DNA of 64,000 bases from an uncultured Methanosarcinaceae archaeon (GCA_963727895.1 CAVSHT010000004.1:128001-192000), one strand, 5' to 3'. Shown: positions 10,946-21,197, counted from the stretch's first letter. Translations and numbers: made by a program. Notes: a model not told the origin generated them from the sequence alone.

Positions 10946-12429
10946 AGAGCATCCCTTTAAATAAGCGCGAACGTGGGAGGTCTTTGTTCTCAAGGGCCTG
11001 TCTGACGAGAGCTGCAATGTTCTTTATCCCTCTGAAACCATACTGAGGCTGAAACACCGGATTCATGAGTGTTAAGTTTACTACCGGACATGGAGGAAAA
11101 CGACCAGAATTCCCGAAGAATATGGGGTTGTCATATCCCTTCACGATCTCCTCAAGTTCGTCCTCAGTCTCTTTTGACGACCGAAAACTCCCCAGACGGA
11201 AGAGCCCTTTTGTCAGAATAATCTCCGGATTAACCCCGGCTTCCAGGAGAAACTTTATACTGGGCATACGTTCTTTGATAGTATATGGGTGGACGTTAAT
11301 TACAATAGGATGGGCGCCAAACTCTGCTGCCATCCGTGCAAGGGAAAGCGCCCTTATTGGCCCTGGAAACTCCGAGATTTCTATGATAGCTGTTTTCCCG
11401 GAAAGAGTCTTTCTTAGGTATTCAATTTCCGGTTCCACTTCCTGTAACTCTCGTTCAATTACCTTAATGGCTTCAGCTTCCATTCCAAGAGGTGTTGCAA
11501 CTCCAAGCAACCATTCCTTTGTAGCTTCAGGCCCATAGGGTTGCCCAGTTTTGCTGTAGGGGATACCGAACCGCTCCTGCATCAGGTCACCCAATTTCTG
11601 TCCCCAATCAAAACACCATGAGGCATTCAGCTCAACCTCTCTGGCATGCCTGATTTGATCAACTGTGCACCCTCCAGCAATGATAGCGTTAATCTTTATT
11701 CCTACTTCACTAAGGAGCCGCTCTATTTCATCCATGTCCCAGTTGAACTCTGTGGGGGTAGGGCCCAGCGGGCTCCAAGAATGTTAATTGTCCTTTTCAT
11801 TTTCGTTTTAGGAGGATCCATCAAATCCATGATAAGCTTAAAAGCGTCCTCATAACCGCTTCGGAAATCCCCGCCAAATCCTTCACTGCGGAGTGCCAGC
11901 ACCCGGCAACCAACCAGCTTCTCTACCTCATGGGCAATACTTTCAACGTCATCACCGATAATTCCGGAGCAGTAGCAAGAGAGGATGACAATGAGGTCTG
12001 AGTGGTACTTAGCGTATGCTTCCTTTACTGCTTCCAGGAGTTTTCCCTCTCCACCATAAATGATGTTGCTCTCATTAAGGGTGGTACAAGCTGTGGGTTC
12101 GAGCGGGATTCCACGGATCTCACAGCACTCCCGGGTCCTGACAAAGTCCGACATGTAGAGTGGGCATCCGGTCGGACCGTGGACAAGAGGAACAACATGA
12201 CGAATCCCGCTGATGACGTAGTAAGAAGTAAAAAACTTGCACATAGGAGCATGCGAAGCCTGCAGTTTGGGAATCATCTCGCCCGTTTCTACTTTTTTCA
12301 GTAACTGCTGCAGGTCACCGTGAAAAACTATGGAATTATTTTCCGAATTCACACATTTTTCAATGTTGCATGGAGATAAATATTTTCCTAAATTTGGTTC
12401 AGTGTAGTTGCAGGGGATGTGATAAATTT
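10926..12429 (-). pseudogene. nitrogenase component 1 alpha-like (NifD/NifE-like) subunit; one frameshift near 11765, 5' end abuts an IS6 end
   Basis: MCKF, HGPTGC, TTLNESNIIYGGE, SCYCSGIIGDD, SEGF, ELNASWC, PYGPEAT, QYGFRG; start codon uncertain. Confidence 0.85.
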
Positions 12430-12497
12430 GGTTTCGTTGCAAAATATCTCAGAATAAGCCTGTAAATCTATGGATAATGAACAAAAGTTAAAATATC
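12430..12497. mobile_element. IS6-family terminal fragment
   Basis: ggtttcgttgcaaaatatctcagaataagc matches the IS6 end at 47123. Confidence 0.7.
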
Positions 12498-12750
12498 CAA
12501 AGAAAAGGAGTATATGGTTCTTACACCTTTTTTGCGTTGAATATAAGGGTTATCGAAGAAAACTCTTATATTCTCATAGTCTTTGGAATTGATTTTAACT
12601 CAAACACATAGCAAGCTTTAACCGATATTGTTTTTATTTGTTGAGTAAACAAACTCAACGAATTCGCTAGATTTTATTTATAAATGATCTAAGATATTAG
12701 TGAAAAAAAGTGGGAACTGTAAGGAAGGATATTACTCTTTGCTTGTTAAT

Positions 12751-12873
12751 TTAAGAATTTCTTCTATTATCTGGTTTTTTATGCTGGTTGTTACTCTCTT
12801 TATTTTCTTCCTCTTCCATTTCTTTCCTGAATTCTATATAATCCCTCTCGACTTCTTCTATCTTGTTTTCCAT
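12751..12873 (-). CDS. 40-aa charged small protein (MENKIEEVERDYIEFRKEMEEEE...)
   Basis: GGAGGT RBS before ATG; below the ORF-track size cutoff. Confidence 0.4.
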   Translation of the reverse strand: MENKIEEVERDYIEFRKEMEEEENKESNNQHKKPDNRRNS

Positions 12874-12961
12874 TTGTGACCTCCATCCAATATTAGCAAG
12901 TCACACTCTATTTATATATTTTGGAACAATTTAGTATTTTTTTGAGTCGTTTAAATTCTCC

Positions 12962-13045
12962 TTCTAATAATTCCCCATTCTATGAGCCTCTTTTCTATGT
13001 ATCTCATTTCATAATCTGTAAAAGAAAGGCTATGATAATGTCTAA
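12962..13045 (-). pseudogene. 3'-end fragment of a tyrosine recombinase
   Basis: Translates RHYHSLSFTDYEMRYIEKRLIEWGIIR, matching the C-terminus of 45822-46352. Confidence 0.75.
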
Positions 13046-13138
13046 TAAAACATCAATATGACCAAAATGTTGACTAGACTTTGGGAGATCCCATAAACTC
13101 AATTACCGGAGCCAAAACGAATATGATTAAAAAAGGAC

Positions 13139-13880
13139 GGCTTTGATACTTAAACATAGTTATATACTATTAGAAAGTATATTTCTTCATTAACTGCCCC
13201 AGATGCAATAGTTCCAGTCACAAAAAGAATGGTATAGTTGGTGGTCGTCAACGCTACAAATGCCATGATTGTGGATATAACTATACAGTAGAGCTAAAAT
13301 CAACTGCTTTTTCCGCCTCTGTCAAAAAACAGGCTTTACAACTTTACCTTGAAGGATTGGGCTTTCGTTCAATAGGACGAGTTTTAGGGGTGAGTCATGT
13401 TTCTGTCCAAAAATGGATAAAGAAATTTGGTCAAGAGTTAGAGGCTCTAAAAAGCGAAAATGAGATATCTATTGTTGAACTGGATGAGATGCACACTTAC
13501 ATCGGTAACAAAAAAAAATATTGCTGGATCTGGATTGCTGTTGATAGAGTTGGGAAAAAGTTCATCAACTGCTCTTTTGGTAGCAGAGGAACGGAAACTG
13601 GAAAACTACTCTGGGAAAAATTGAAGAAAAAAGAGATTGGAGAAGTGATGACAGATCACTGGAGAGCATATGCAGAGTTTCTTCCAGAAAAGAATCATAC
13701 TCAATCAAAAGCAGAAACATTTACAGTTGAGGGATATAACAGCATATTGAGGCACTTTCTAGCAAGATTAAGAAGAAAGACAAAGTGTTATACGAAGAGT
13801 ATTGAAATGCTAAAGTACTCGGTTATTCCATTGATGAAATACAGAAATAAAGAGTTAACTATGTTTAGATAACAATATCG
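13139..13880 (+). mobile_element. IS1-family element (start codon reads ATT; InsA/InsB frames fused by an A9 tract)
   Basis: CPRC/CHDC zinc ribbon, ELDEMHTY, MTDHW, VEGYN; ends ggctttgatactt / aacaatatc. Confidence 0.9.
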
Positions 13881-13974
13881 AATATTTTAATAACCCCCTA
13901 TACATATTAAATTAATTTGAATATTTGATAAGTTGCCAAAAACGATGTGCTAAGACCCAACTGCGTAACTCCTA

Positions 13975-14025
13975 TATTGATGAAATACAGAAATAAAGAG
14001 TTAACTATGTTTAGTTAACAATGCC
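13975..14025 (+). mobile_element. IS1 right-end fragment
   Basis: Repeats the last ~50 bp of the IS1 copies, ending aacaatgcc. Confidence 0.75.
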
Positions 14026-14103
14026 CGAAAATTTTCTCCTCGCACTTTAAGGCTATAATTGACACCTTTATGTACTATTTTTCCAGGTGATGAGAATGAT
14101 TAA

Positions 14104-14227
14104 CGTTCATGTCCAGAGACCTTCGGCAGTAAATTTGATTTAAATCTTTTGACACAGTCCAGTGAAAATATGGAATTCCTTGGGAGTTTAATTGAGTGTT
14201 ACTGCAGGAGGTCTGTGGACATGAACC
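14104..14227. mobile_element. MITE family B, 124-bp internally deleted copy
   Basis: TIRs cgttcatgtcc / ggacatgaacc with TTAA on both sides; nested in IS6-type remnants spanning about 14026-14275. Confidence 0.8.
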
Positions 14228-14417
14228 TTAACCGATGACCAATGAATCCTTATTATGATTTTTTGCAACAGAACCGATTAAAGCGTTAAATTTGTTTGTT
14301 CTTTCTATTTTTCCTTTATTTTTTCCTGATACGACAATATTTCATTTAGTTATTGGCTTAAAAGGATAGTATATTCAATATTAGGAAAACGCTTATAACT
14401 CCTAAATCGTAACAATT

Positions 14418-15248
14418 GTGTACATGACACAAAAATTCACTCTTACCATTCAATCTGGAAAAAACAGATTAGGAGAACAGGAAGGATTTGAAAGCATAGA
14501 AATAAAGCCAGGGGATACCCTCTCAATTGTAGGCCCTACTGGCTCAGGAAAATCAGCTTTAATTAATGATATTGAAACTCTTGCACAGGGAGATACTGTA
14601 ACAGATCGGAGGATTCTAATCAATGACGAAGAACCTCCCGAATCCTTTGTACGGGAGCCAGCCTTCAAACCGATTGCCATGATAACCCAGAACACACGTT
14701 GTCTGGCAGATCTCTCAGTCGAAGCATTCCTGCTGATGCATATAAGAGCAAGGCGACCTGGTAGGGAAGACCTGCTTGACGAGACAATGAATCTTGCAAA
14801 TACTTTTACAGGTGAAGAGATCAGCCTTAAATGTCGTATGAGCGGCTTATCTGGAGGGCAGACCAGATCGCTTATGATTGCAGATGCACTTGTAATCGGC
14901 GATACTCCGATACTTCTGCTTGACGAAATCGAAAACGCAGGCATCTTCAAAGACCGGGTCATTCAGTCTCTTCAGGGAGGAAACAAGGCAGTTATCCTTG
15001 TAACACACGACCCTTATCTTGCTCTTACGGCAGGCAGGCGCATAGTGATGAAGAATGGGGGAGTTGCTTCTGTGATCGAGCCGGCAGGACAGGAGCAGCA
15101 TCTTATTGAATATCTTGCTTTAATCGATGACCGACTCCATCAAATCCGGGAGAAACTCAGACAGGGAGCTTCTTTCCCGTCAAGTTCTCCGAAAGTTATT
15201 TCAGAGACTGTAATGGCTGCGGTTGAACAGGAGGTAATCTACAGATGA
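14418..15248 (+). CDS. stand-alone ABC-type ATPase
   Basis: GPTGSGKS, LSGGQ, LLDEIEN, VTHD; no adjacent permease. Confidence 0.85.
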   Translation: MYMTQKFTLTIQSGKNRLGEQEGFESIEIKPGDTLSIVGPTGSGKSALINDIETLAQGDTVTDRRILINDEEPPESFVREPAFKPIAMITQNTRCLADLSVEAFLLMHIRARRPGREDLLDETMNLANTFTGEEISLKCRMSGLSGGQTRSLMIADALVIGDTPILLLDEIENAGIFKDRVIQSLQGGNKAVILVTHDPYLALTAGRRIVMKNGGVASVIEPAGQEQHLIEYLALIDDRLHQIREKLRQGASFPSSSPKVISETVMAAVEQEVIYR

Positions 15249-15949
15249 AGCTCCTAATAATCGCAGGCCCTCCAAGCGGAGGAAAAACAGCTGTGATCCG
15301 CCAGGTTATAAAAAATCTCCCCGAAGGATCCCTTCTCGCCTTCCTGAAGATCGATGTTGTACATGCAACAGAAGACCAGGAACTTGCAGATGAGTTTGAC
15401 ATTCCTGTCAAAAAAATATATTCGGGAGACGTGTGCCCTGACCATATGGGAATTCTGGTCCTTGACGACGCATTACGCTGGGCCGAGAGCATTTTAAGAA
15501 ATATCCTGATAATTGAAAGCGCAGGACTCTGTCTCAGGTGCACTCCTTACACGACTTACTCTCTTGGAATTGCAGTTGTCAGCGCGATCTCAGGCACCAA
15601 TTCCCCGCTCAAAATGGCCCCTTTGCTTGCTCTTGCAGATGTGGCAGTTGTTACCAAAACTGACCTTGTATCACAGGCAGAAAAAGAGGTTTTCAGGGAA
15701 AGCATCCGAAAAGTTGTCCCGAATATTGACATAGTAGAAACAAATGCAGTTCAGGGAACAGGTCTAAGATACCTGATGAGGCGGATTGCCGAGCATCCGG
15801 ATATAGGGCCTGACCCGATCGTGCTCAGAGGTGCCCCTCCGCTTGGCGTCTGTACGGTATGTATTGGGAAAAAAGAAATCGGATGGAAAAACCACTTTGG
15901 AATCATCCGGCCGCTGGATATGCCAGAGCCCATCTACAGAGGCGACTGA
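15245..15949 (+). CDS. HypB/UreG-like (G3E) GTP-binding protein
   Basis: GPPSGGKT, CPDH, IESAGLCLRC, TKTD, C-terminal CTVC. Confidence 0.85.
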   Translation: MKLLIIAGPPSGGKTAVIRQVIKNLPEGSLLAFLKIDVVHATEDQELADEFDIPVKKIYSGDVCPDHMGILVLDDALRWAESILRNILIIESAGLCLRCTPYTTYSLGIAVVSAISGTNSPLKMAPLLALADVAVVTKTDLVSQAEKEVFRESIRKVVPNIDIVETNAVQGTGLRYLMRRIAEHPDIGPDPIVLRGAPPLGVCTVCIGKKEIGWKNHFGIIRPLDMPEPIYRGD

Positions 15950-16056
15950 TGGTGAATAAATGGGATCCTCCGGGTAAAAACTGGAGCTTGCGGTTCCCAG
16001 ATCTGTTCGGACTTTGTTGGGCGGCTTGAAGCAGGATTAACAGAGTTAGATCTGTG
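15949..16056 (+). pseudogene. N-terminus of an Fe-S binding protein, truncated by a MITE
   Basis: MVNKWDPPGKN(C)GACGSQICSDF with a frameshift near 15982; start overlaps GTPase stop (TGATG). Confidence 0.7.
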
Positions 16057-16206
16057 GGTTCCGTTGCAAAAATAATTTTTCTGTACTTTGAGGTTATTCT
16101 TCTTTCCTTTAAATGTCATTTTAATCCAAATTTTCTCACTAAAATTATCTTATTGTGAATGTTTTCAACGATTTTGTAAAATGCTCTGATTTTTTGCAAC
16201 GGAACC
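16057..16206. mobile_element. IS6-type MITE family A, 150 bp
   Basis: Perfect TIRs GGTTCCGTTGCAAAAA, no ORF. Confidence 0.85.
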
Positions 16207-16386
16207 CAAAAACTTATTGACATTGGTAATAACCTGCTCCTTGCTCATCTAGTGCTGCTGACAGAAGACATAAACGCCCTCGGCGTTGCGACGAAAATCG
16301 TCTCCACATGCTTCTCCATACTGCTGCCCGATCTCGTAGTCCGTACCCTGACACTTGATCACTTTGAGCGCCTTTGCTTCCTTCAT
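16207..16386 (-). pseudogene. N-terminal fragment of a C45-family (Ntn-hydrolase) protein
   Basis: MKEAKALKVIKCQGTDYEIGQQYGEAC, in-frame TAG, cut by the MITE. Confidence 0.55.
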
Positions 16387-16434
16387 GAAAATACACCCTC
16401 TTTACTTCATTTTAACGTCCTAACTACGCATGTT

Positions 16435-17076
16435 CTATTTTTCTCTGACCTGGATTTGAGTTTCAGTCAAAAGTTCTTCGTCGGGAATTTCTGTAGTGTC
16501 GTTTAGATATAGCTCTCCGCATAGATCAAAAAGCTCCAGATTGTTTTCTTTAACAAATGAGAGGACACTGTTGTATGCGACTTCAACTTCATAATAAGGT
16601 CCCACACATACAGCAGAAACAGCTTTAGTAGCTGGCAAGGTCTTAATCTCCATTTTTGGATCTTCTATTGAAATTTTGCCAGAAACCGGAAGTGCAATCT
16701 CAATATCGGCATCAGTTTCTTTGTTTTCACAAGCCTTATGCAAGATGTTTATGTTCTTTTGCAACTGCTGAATCTCTGCTTGAGTTTCCTTTATTTTTTC
16801 CTTAAAACACGCCTCTATATGCTCATAATTTCCATCGCTTTCCGCATCTAAAAGCTTAGAGGACTCTTCTAAGGAAAAACCGAGAGAGAGTAAGGTTTTA
16901 ATTTTCATTCCTTTTTCCAGTTGTGTACCGGTGTAATATCGATATCCTGTAAAAGGATCCTTTGCTTCCGGAACAAGCACTCCGTTTTGGTCATAGAACC
17001 TGAGAGCTTTTTTTGAGAGGCGAGTCATAAAAGAAAATATACCAATAGGAATCTGATTTATTGACATCTTGCTCAA
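16435..17076 (-). CDS. MerR-family regulator with GyrI-like domain (appears internally shortened)
   Basis: IG.FS....LS.KALRFYD, TGYRYY; C-terminal ELYLND...LTETQI. Confidence 0.85.
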   Translation of the reverse strand: MSKMSINQIPIGIFSFMTRLSKKALRFYDQNGVLVPEAKDPFTGYRYYTGTQLEKGMKIKTLLSLGFSLEESSKLLDAESDGNYEHIEACFKEKIKETQAEIQQLQKNINILHKACENKETDADIEIALPVSGKISIEDPKMEIKTLPATKAVSAVCVGPYYEVEVAYNSVLSFVKENNLELFDLCGELYLNDTTEIPDEELLTETQIQVREK

Positions 17077-17113
17077 TCTGCTAATTGTCCTGAGATTAGA
17101 TAAACCATCTTAC

Positions 17114-17130
17114 TTTTCCCCTAGGGAAAA
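17114..17130. promoter_or_regulatory. putative MerR-family operator
   Basis: TTTTCCC-cta-GGGAAAA palindrome about 40 bp upstream of the MerR gene. Confidence 0.45.
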
Positions 17131-17304
17131 CTTCAAAAAAGGAAGTGTTGTAAATCTGTTTTTTAAGTAGGTCAGCCCCCGCAGACTACACAGAACATAA
17201 TCAAATAATATTCAAATATAACCTCATCAGACTCTCATCGAAGTATCAAAGAAAAGTAATAGTAAGAAATAACTGTGACGCAATGGGAATTTGGAGTGAG
17301 AGAT

Positions 17305-17766
17305 ATGCCAAAGGTCGTAGTTGGCGGTACGTTTCAGCATCTTCATGACGGGCACATCAAACTAATCAAGAAAGCATTTAAGGTTGCAAAGGATGGGAAA
17401 GTCCATATCGGACTTGTATCGGATGAGATGCTACAGAAAAACCATAATATCGATAACTATGAAAACAGGAGAGCCCAACTGTTGCGGTATTTAAAGGAAA
17501 TAGGGGTCCATAAAGACAGATATGAAGTCGTGAAATTAAATGACCCCTACGGCTCCACTTTAAAAGAGAATTTTGACTATATAATTGTCTCTCCCGAAAC
17601 TTATCCAGTTGCCCTTAAAATTAACAGTATCAGAGAAAAAATAGAAATGGAACCTTTGGAAATTATATATGTTGAATATGTGATGTCTGAAGATAAAATC
17701 CCAATTTCTTCAACAAGGATTGAAAAAGGAGAAATTGATAAGCACGGCAAACTGAAAAAAACATGA
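17305..17766 (+). CDS. coaD: archaeal phosphopantetheine adenylyltransferase
   Basis: VGGTFQHLHDGH, LNDPYG, IIVSPET, PISSTRI..GEID. Confidence 0.9.
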   Translation: MPKVVVGGTFQHLHDGHIKLIKKAFKVAKDGKVHIGLVSDEMLQKNHNIDNYENRRAQLLRYLKEIGVHKDRYEVVKLNDPYGSTLKENFDYIIVSPETYPVALKINSIREKIEMEPLEIIYVEYVMSEDKIPISSTRIEKGEIDKHGKLKKT

Positions 17767-17963
17767 GTCTTTAAACATCCAAAGACCGAGGATTAAAAGT
17801 GGGTATTTTTTTGTAGGATGTAGGAATGTAAAATACATGAAAACAAAAAATTCATTTATTATAAAGAAAAGGTCTTCATAATCATTTTTAATTTTACAGG
17901 GCTTTTTATACACTGCTTGCGATGACGACAGTGTGCCTGTTTTTCCGTTAAATTATAAAAAAG

Positions 17964-19421
17964 GTGTATAAAATGCAAGATCGGAAGGAAATCGATGATA
18001 GTGATATACATGGATATGTACATAGTCTCTCGAATACGGAGAGAATATTTCTTTGGGGTATGCGATCCAAAATAGCTGTGGTCGGTAGGATTCTTGGAAA
18101 TGTGTCCGAAAAAGACCTTGTAAGAGCGCTTCTTTATGTTCGTCGCATGCATCCGCTTATAGGGTGCAGGATCATTTTTGATGAAAACCATAATGCTCTG
18201 TGCTCAACAGATAATGTCCCTGAAACCATATTACGCATTGTAAAGAGAAAATCTGAGACTCAATGGTCCGATGAGATCCGCCACGAACATCTGATACCAT
18301 TTGAGCCTGAAATAGGACCATTGATACGATTCGTTCTTGTATATTCTCCTCAGGTTTCAGAGTTAATTGTATTTGCCCACCACAGCATATGTGATGGGAC
18401 AGCTGTGGCAAATCTTATCCATGACATCCTAGTCTGCTATTCAAATCCAGAAAAAGAAGTACAAACTATCCAACCACCAATATTAACAGATTACATTCTG
18501 AAAGATGAAAACGTGTCATCATCAAGATCTATAGAAAAACTTGCAATTAACAATTATAACAGTCAATGGAAGCAGAGTGCGCACTTATTTACTCAGGCGG
18601 ATTTTAATGAGTTGTATGCAGCCTACTGGAAGAAGAACCGGTACTGCATGATCCTCCTTCAACTTGAACCAGAAGAGACAAGGAATCTAATTACTCGATG
18701 TCGAAAGAATGGAGTAACTATAGTTTCTACAATGACTGTTGCATTTCTTGCTGCAAGGCAAGAGATCAAGGGTTCTCTTCCTGAAGATCAGAATACCGTC
18801 GGAATACCATTTGACCTAAGAAGGCATCTTAAAAAAGATAACATTAAGGCCTTTTGCTTTTTTGCTGGAGACTTCAACCTACATTTTTCATATAACCAGA
18901 ACAAATCCTTCTGGAAAAATGCCCAAGAACTACACACGATCATCTGGGAACGAGTAAAGGCGCTCGATACATCTGCCCTGAATATGAAATCTTTTGATCC
19001 GACACTGGTTGATGCCATCTTCAGCTACGCTCCTTATGTGCAGAAAATCCCGAAGGCCTTTAACAAGACAGAAAACCTTTCTGCCTTTGCCAGGGATTCA
19101 AAGAACGTAGCCTTTGCCTTATCACAGAAGATTAGATCTAAACATCCTAGCATGATAGTCACTAATCTCGGACGGCTTGATTTTCCTGAGACTTATAATG
19201 ACCTCAGACTTGATCACATTTTTTTTGCACCACCAGCCAATGAGGCTGTTCCTCTAATCTGTGGAGGCGTTGGTGTCAACGGCAAGTTGACTTTCTCCTT
19301 GGTTTTTCTAGATAAAATTGAGGAGGATAATCCATATATTAATGAAGATATGATCCGCATTCGAAACAAGGTGCTCCAATATATAGGCTTCCCAGAAAAA
19401 GCGAGTGATAGAGTAATGTGA
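17964..19421 (+). CDS. stand-alone condensation-domain / CoA-dependent acyltransferase
   Basis: HHSICDG (HHxxxDG), RHP.I, PFDLR, TNLGR. Confidence 0.8.
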   Translation: MYKMQDRKEIDDSDIHGYVHSLSNTERIFLWGMRSKIAVVGRILGNVSEKDLVRALLYVRRMHPLIGCRIIFDENHNALCSTDNVPETILRIVKRKSETQWSDEIRHEHLIPFEPEIGPLIRFVLVYSPQVSELIVFAHHSICDGTAVANLIHDILVCYSNPEKEVQTIQPPILTDYILKDENVSSSRSIEKLAINNYNSQWKQSAHLFTQADFNELYAAYWKKNRYCMILLQLEPEETRNLITRCRKNGVTIVSTMTVAFLAARQEIKGSLPEDQNTVGIPFDLRRHLKKDNIKAFCFFAGDFNLHFSYNQNKSFWKNAQELHTIIWERVKALDTSALNMKSFDPTLVDAIFSYAPYVQKIPKAFNKTENLSAFARDSKNVAFALSQKIRSKHPSMIVTNLGRLDFPETYNDLRLDHIFFAPPANEAVPLICGGVGVNGKLTFSLVFLDKIEEDNPYINEDMIRIRNKVLQYIGFPEKASDRVM

Positions 19422-20047
19422 TGGATATTGAGAACAATGAGTTACAAGAGACGGGGTAAATATTAAAGTTTTGCGGCAGTGTGCTGGTTCTTCTATAAAA
19501 TTGAAATCGAAGCTAAAATTGAGGAAATGCACAGTTTTTAAGGTAAAACCTATGCACAAAGAGGTAGTGTTTCAAATCGTCTGTAAAATTGGTTCCGTTG
19601 CAAAAATCGTATCCTCTTCAAATTTGATGGGTTTTCAACCACAGAAAAAATGTATTAGTTTAGGGTCCTTAAAAAGTGGACCAATTTTTAAGGAATAATG
19701 AGCCTTATTTTTTAGATTAGATATTGTGCCAGTGTTTCCCAAATAAAAATACAGCTGGAAAATGAATTTTTTTGAATTTAAATAACTAAATATCCTAAAT
19801 ATTCTATTTAAAAGCATATTAATCCTTTTTCAATATTATATTTTATATAAAGGAAAAATGTGGTCTAATGACATAATTATGAATAAATATGATCTATCAA
19901 AATATCAAGCTATTATTACATTCAGTTATCAATTTTAAAGTTTAATTTTATTTATTATCTTAAAGTCTACGTTTTTATGGTGTATTTTTTCTTGGGAAAC
20001 TCTGATTATATACATATTGATTGAAATAAGCATTTTAGGATCTTATT

Positions 20048-20479
20048 TCACACACTCATTTTGAAGGACCTTAAACAGTTTATTATAAGTATACTTAGGG
20101 TTATGAACAAATATGGGAAGATAGATTCCATTAAAGATATAGTACTTGCACTTATAATAATAAAAACCGGATCAGTAAACCAAAAATTATTAACCCAGGA
20201 TTTGGTATAAATATTGTAAAACCAAGAACTGTTATAAAAGTTATATAGGTTATAAATAAACAACGGGATGAATAAAGCAATAAACAGTTTTAGGGAACTC
20301 GTTTTTTTCATAGCATGTCTATCTTTTCTTTTCATCCGATAGAATAAATATAAAAAAAATAATACAAATAATGCGACAATTACAATGTAACCAACCGGTA
20401 TTCCATATAATGTTACAGCATGGCTGTAAACTACTTTTCCTCCTGAACTAGAGTTAAGGATTGGAGTTTCATTTTCCAC
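20048..20479 (-). CDS. hypothetical membrane protein
   Basis: Three hydrophobic segments. Confidence 0.5.
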   Translation of the reverse strand: MENETPILNSSSGGKVVYSHAVTLYGIPVGYIVIVALFVLFFLYLFYRMKRKDRHAMKKTSSLKLFIALFIPLFIYNLYNFYNSSWFYNIYTKSWVNNFWFTDPVFIIISASTISLMESIFPYLFITLSILIINCLRSFKMSV

Positions 20480-20678
20480 TTTTTTTAATGTTACAAAGAG
20501 TTAAATATTTATTTCTGTTATTTTGTGAACTAAACCTCTCGAAAAATTAGAGTTTTTCAACTGAATAAAAATGTTAGATATCTTTATTAATTCTCTAAGC
20601 TCTAATATTAGTCAGCAAATTTATGAAAATAATAGAAGCAGTTTGCTATACTTTATAAAATTGAGGAAAGGGAAATGT

Positions 20679-21197
20679 ATGAAAAATCAAACACTTAAAA
20701 TGCTAAAAAAGAAACAATTTTTTTTACTATCAGTCTTTTGTGTAATTTTACTGACAACTGTATATGCAAGTGCGACTTCTTTAGTTCCATCATGCCAGAA
20801 GAATGAGCCAAATCAATTTGTCCTTCAAGGCATTGGATCAAAGTATAAAGATGTACAAATAAGTTATTCAACGACCAGTATCACAGGCAAACCTGTTTTT
20901 AGCTATAAAGACTCAAAAGGCTCGGGCAGCTTCACAGGAGATGAAATCCGTACTCAACAAACAGAAATGGGTACAGTGGCCACGGTGACCTTAGAGAGTA
21001 TTCCTGACCTGCGTGTTATAACACTGACCATATTAGTACCAACAATCAATCTCGATAAATCAGCAAAAGAATTTAAAACTATTGCAATTAGAACAACTAG
21101 CAAAACTAGCATCGGTGGAGAGCACCTTATCAAAGGAGCAGTTCAATCCTATGAAGTAATTGACCTTAAAGGAACTGCTAAAAGCGTTGAGTTTTGA
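20679..21197 (+). CDS. secreted hypothetical protein, paralog of the C-terminal domain of 41483-42472
   Basis: Signal peptide; EPNQFVL...ISYSTTSITGKP...FTGDEIRTQ shared with paralog. Confidence 0.75.
   Translation: MKNQTLKMLKKKQFFLLSVFCVILLTTVYASATSLVPSCQKNEPNQFVLQGIGSKYKDVQISYSTTSITGKPVFSYKDSKGSGSFTGDEIRTQQTEMGTVATVTLESIPDLRVITLTILVPTINLDKSAKEFKTIAIRTTSKTSIGGEHLIKGAVQSYEVIDLKGTAKSVEF

Noticed and set aside
8731..12429. Bona fide Mo/V/Fe nitrogenase or cfbCD
   Set aside because: No His442 motif, no nifEN/nifI/G subunit, D-K-H gene order, and two distinct large subunits unlike CfbD
14228..14242. 15-mer ttaaccgatgaccaa inverted relative to 39221-39235
   Set aside because: Within nested MITE debris; too short to infer a mechanism
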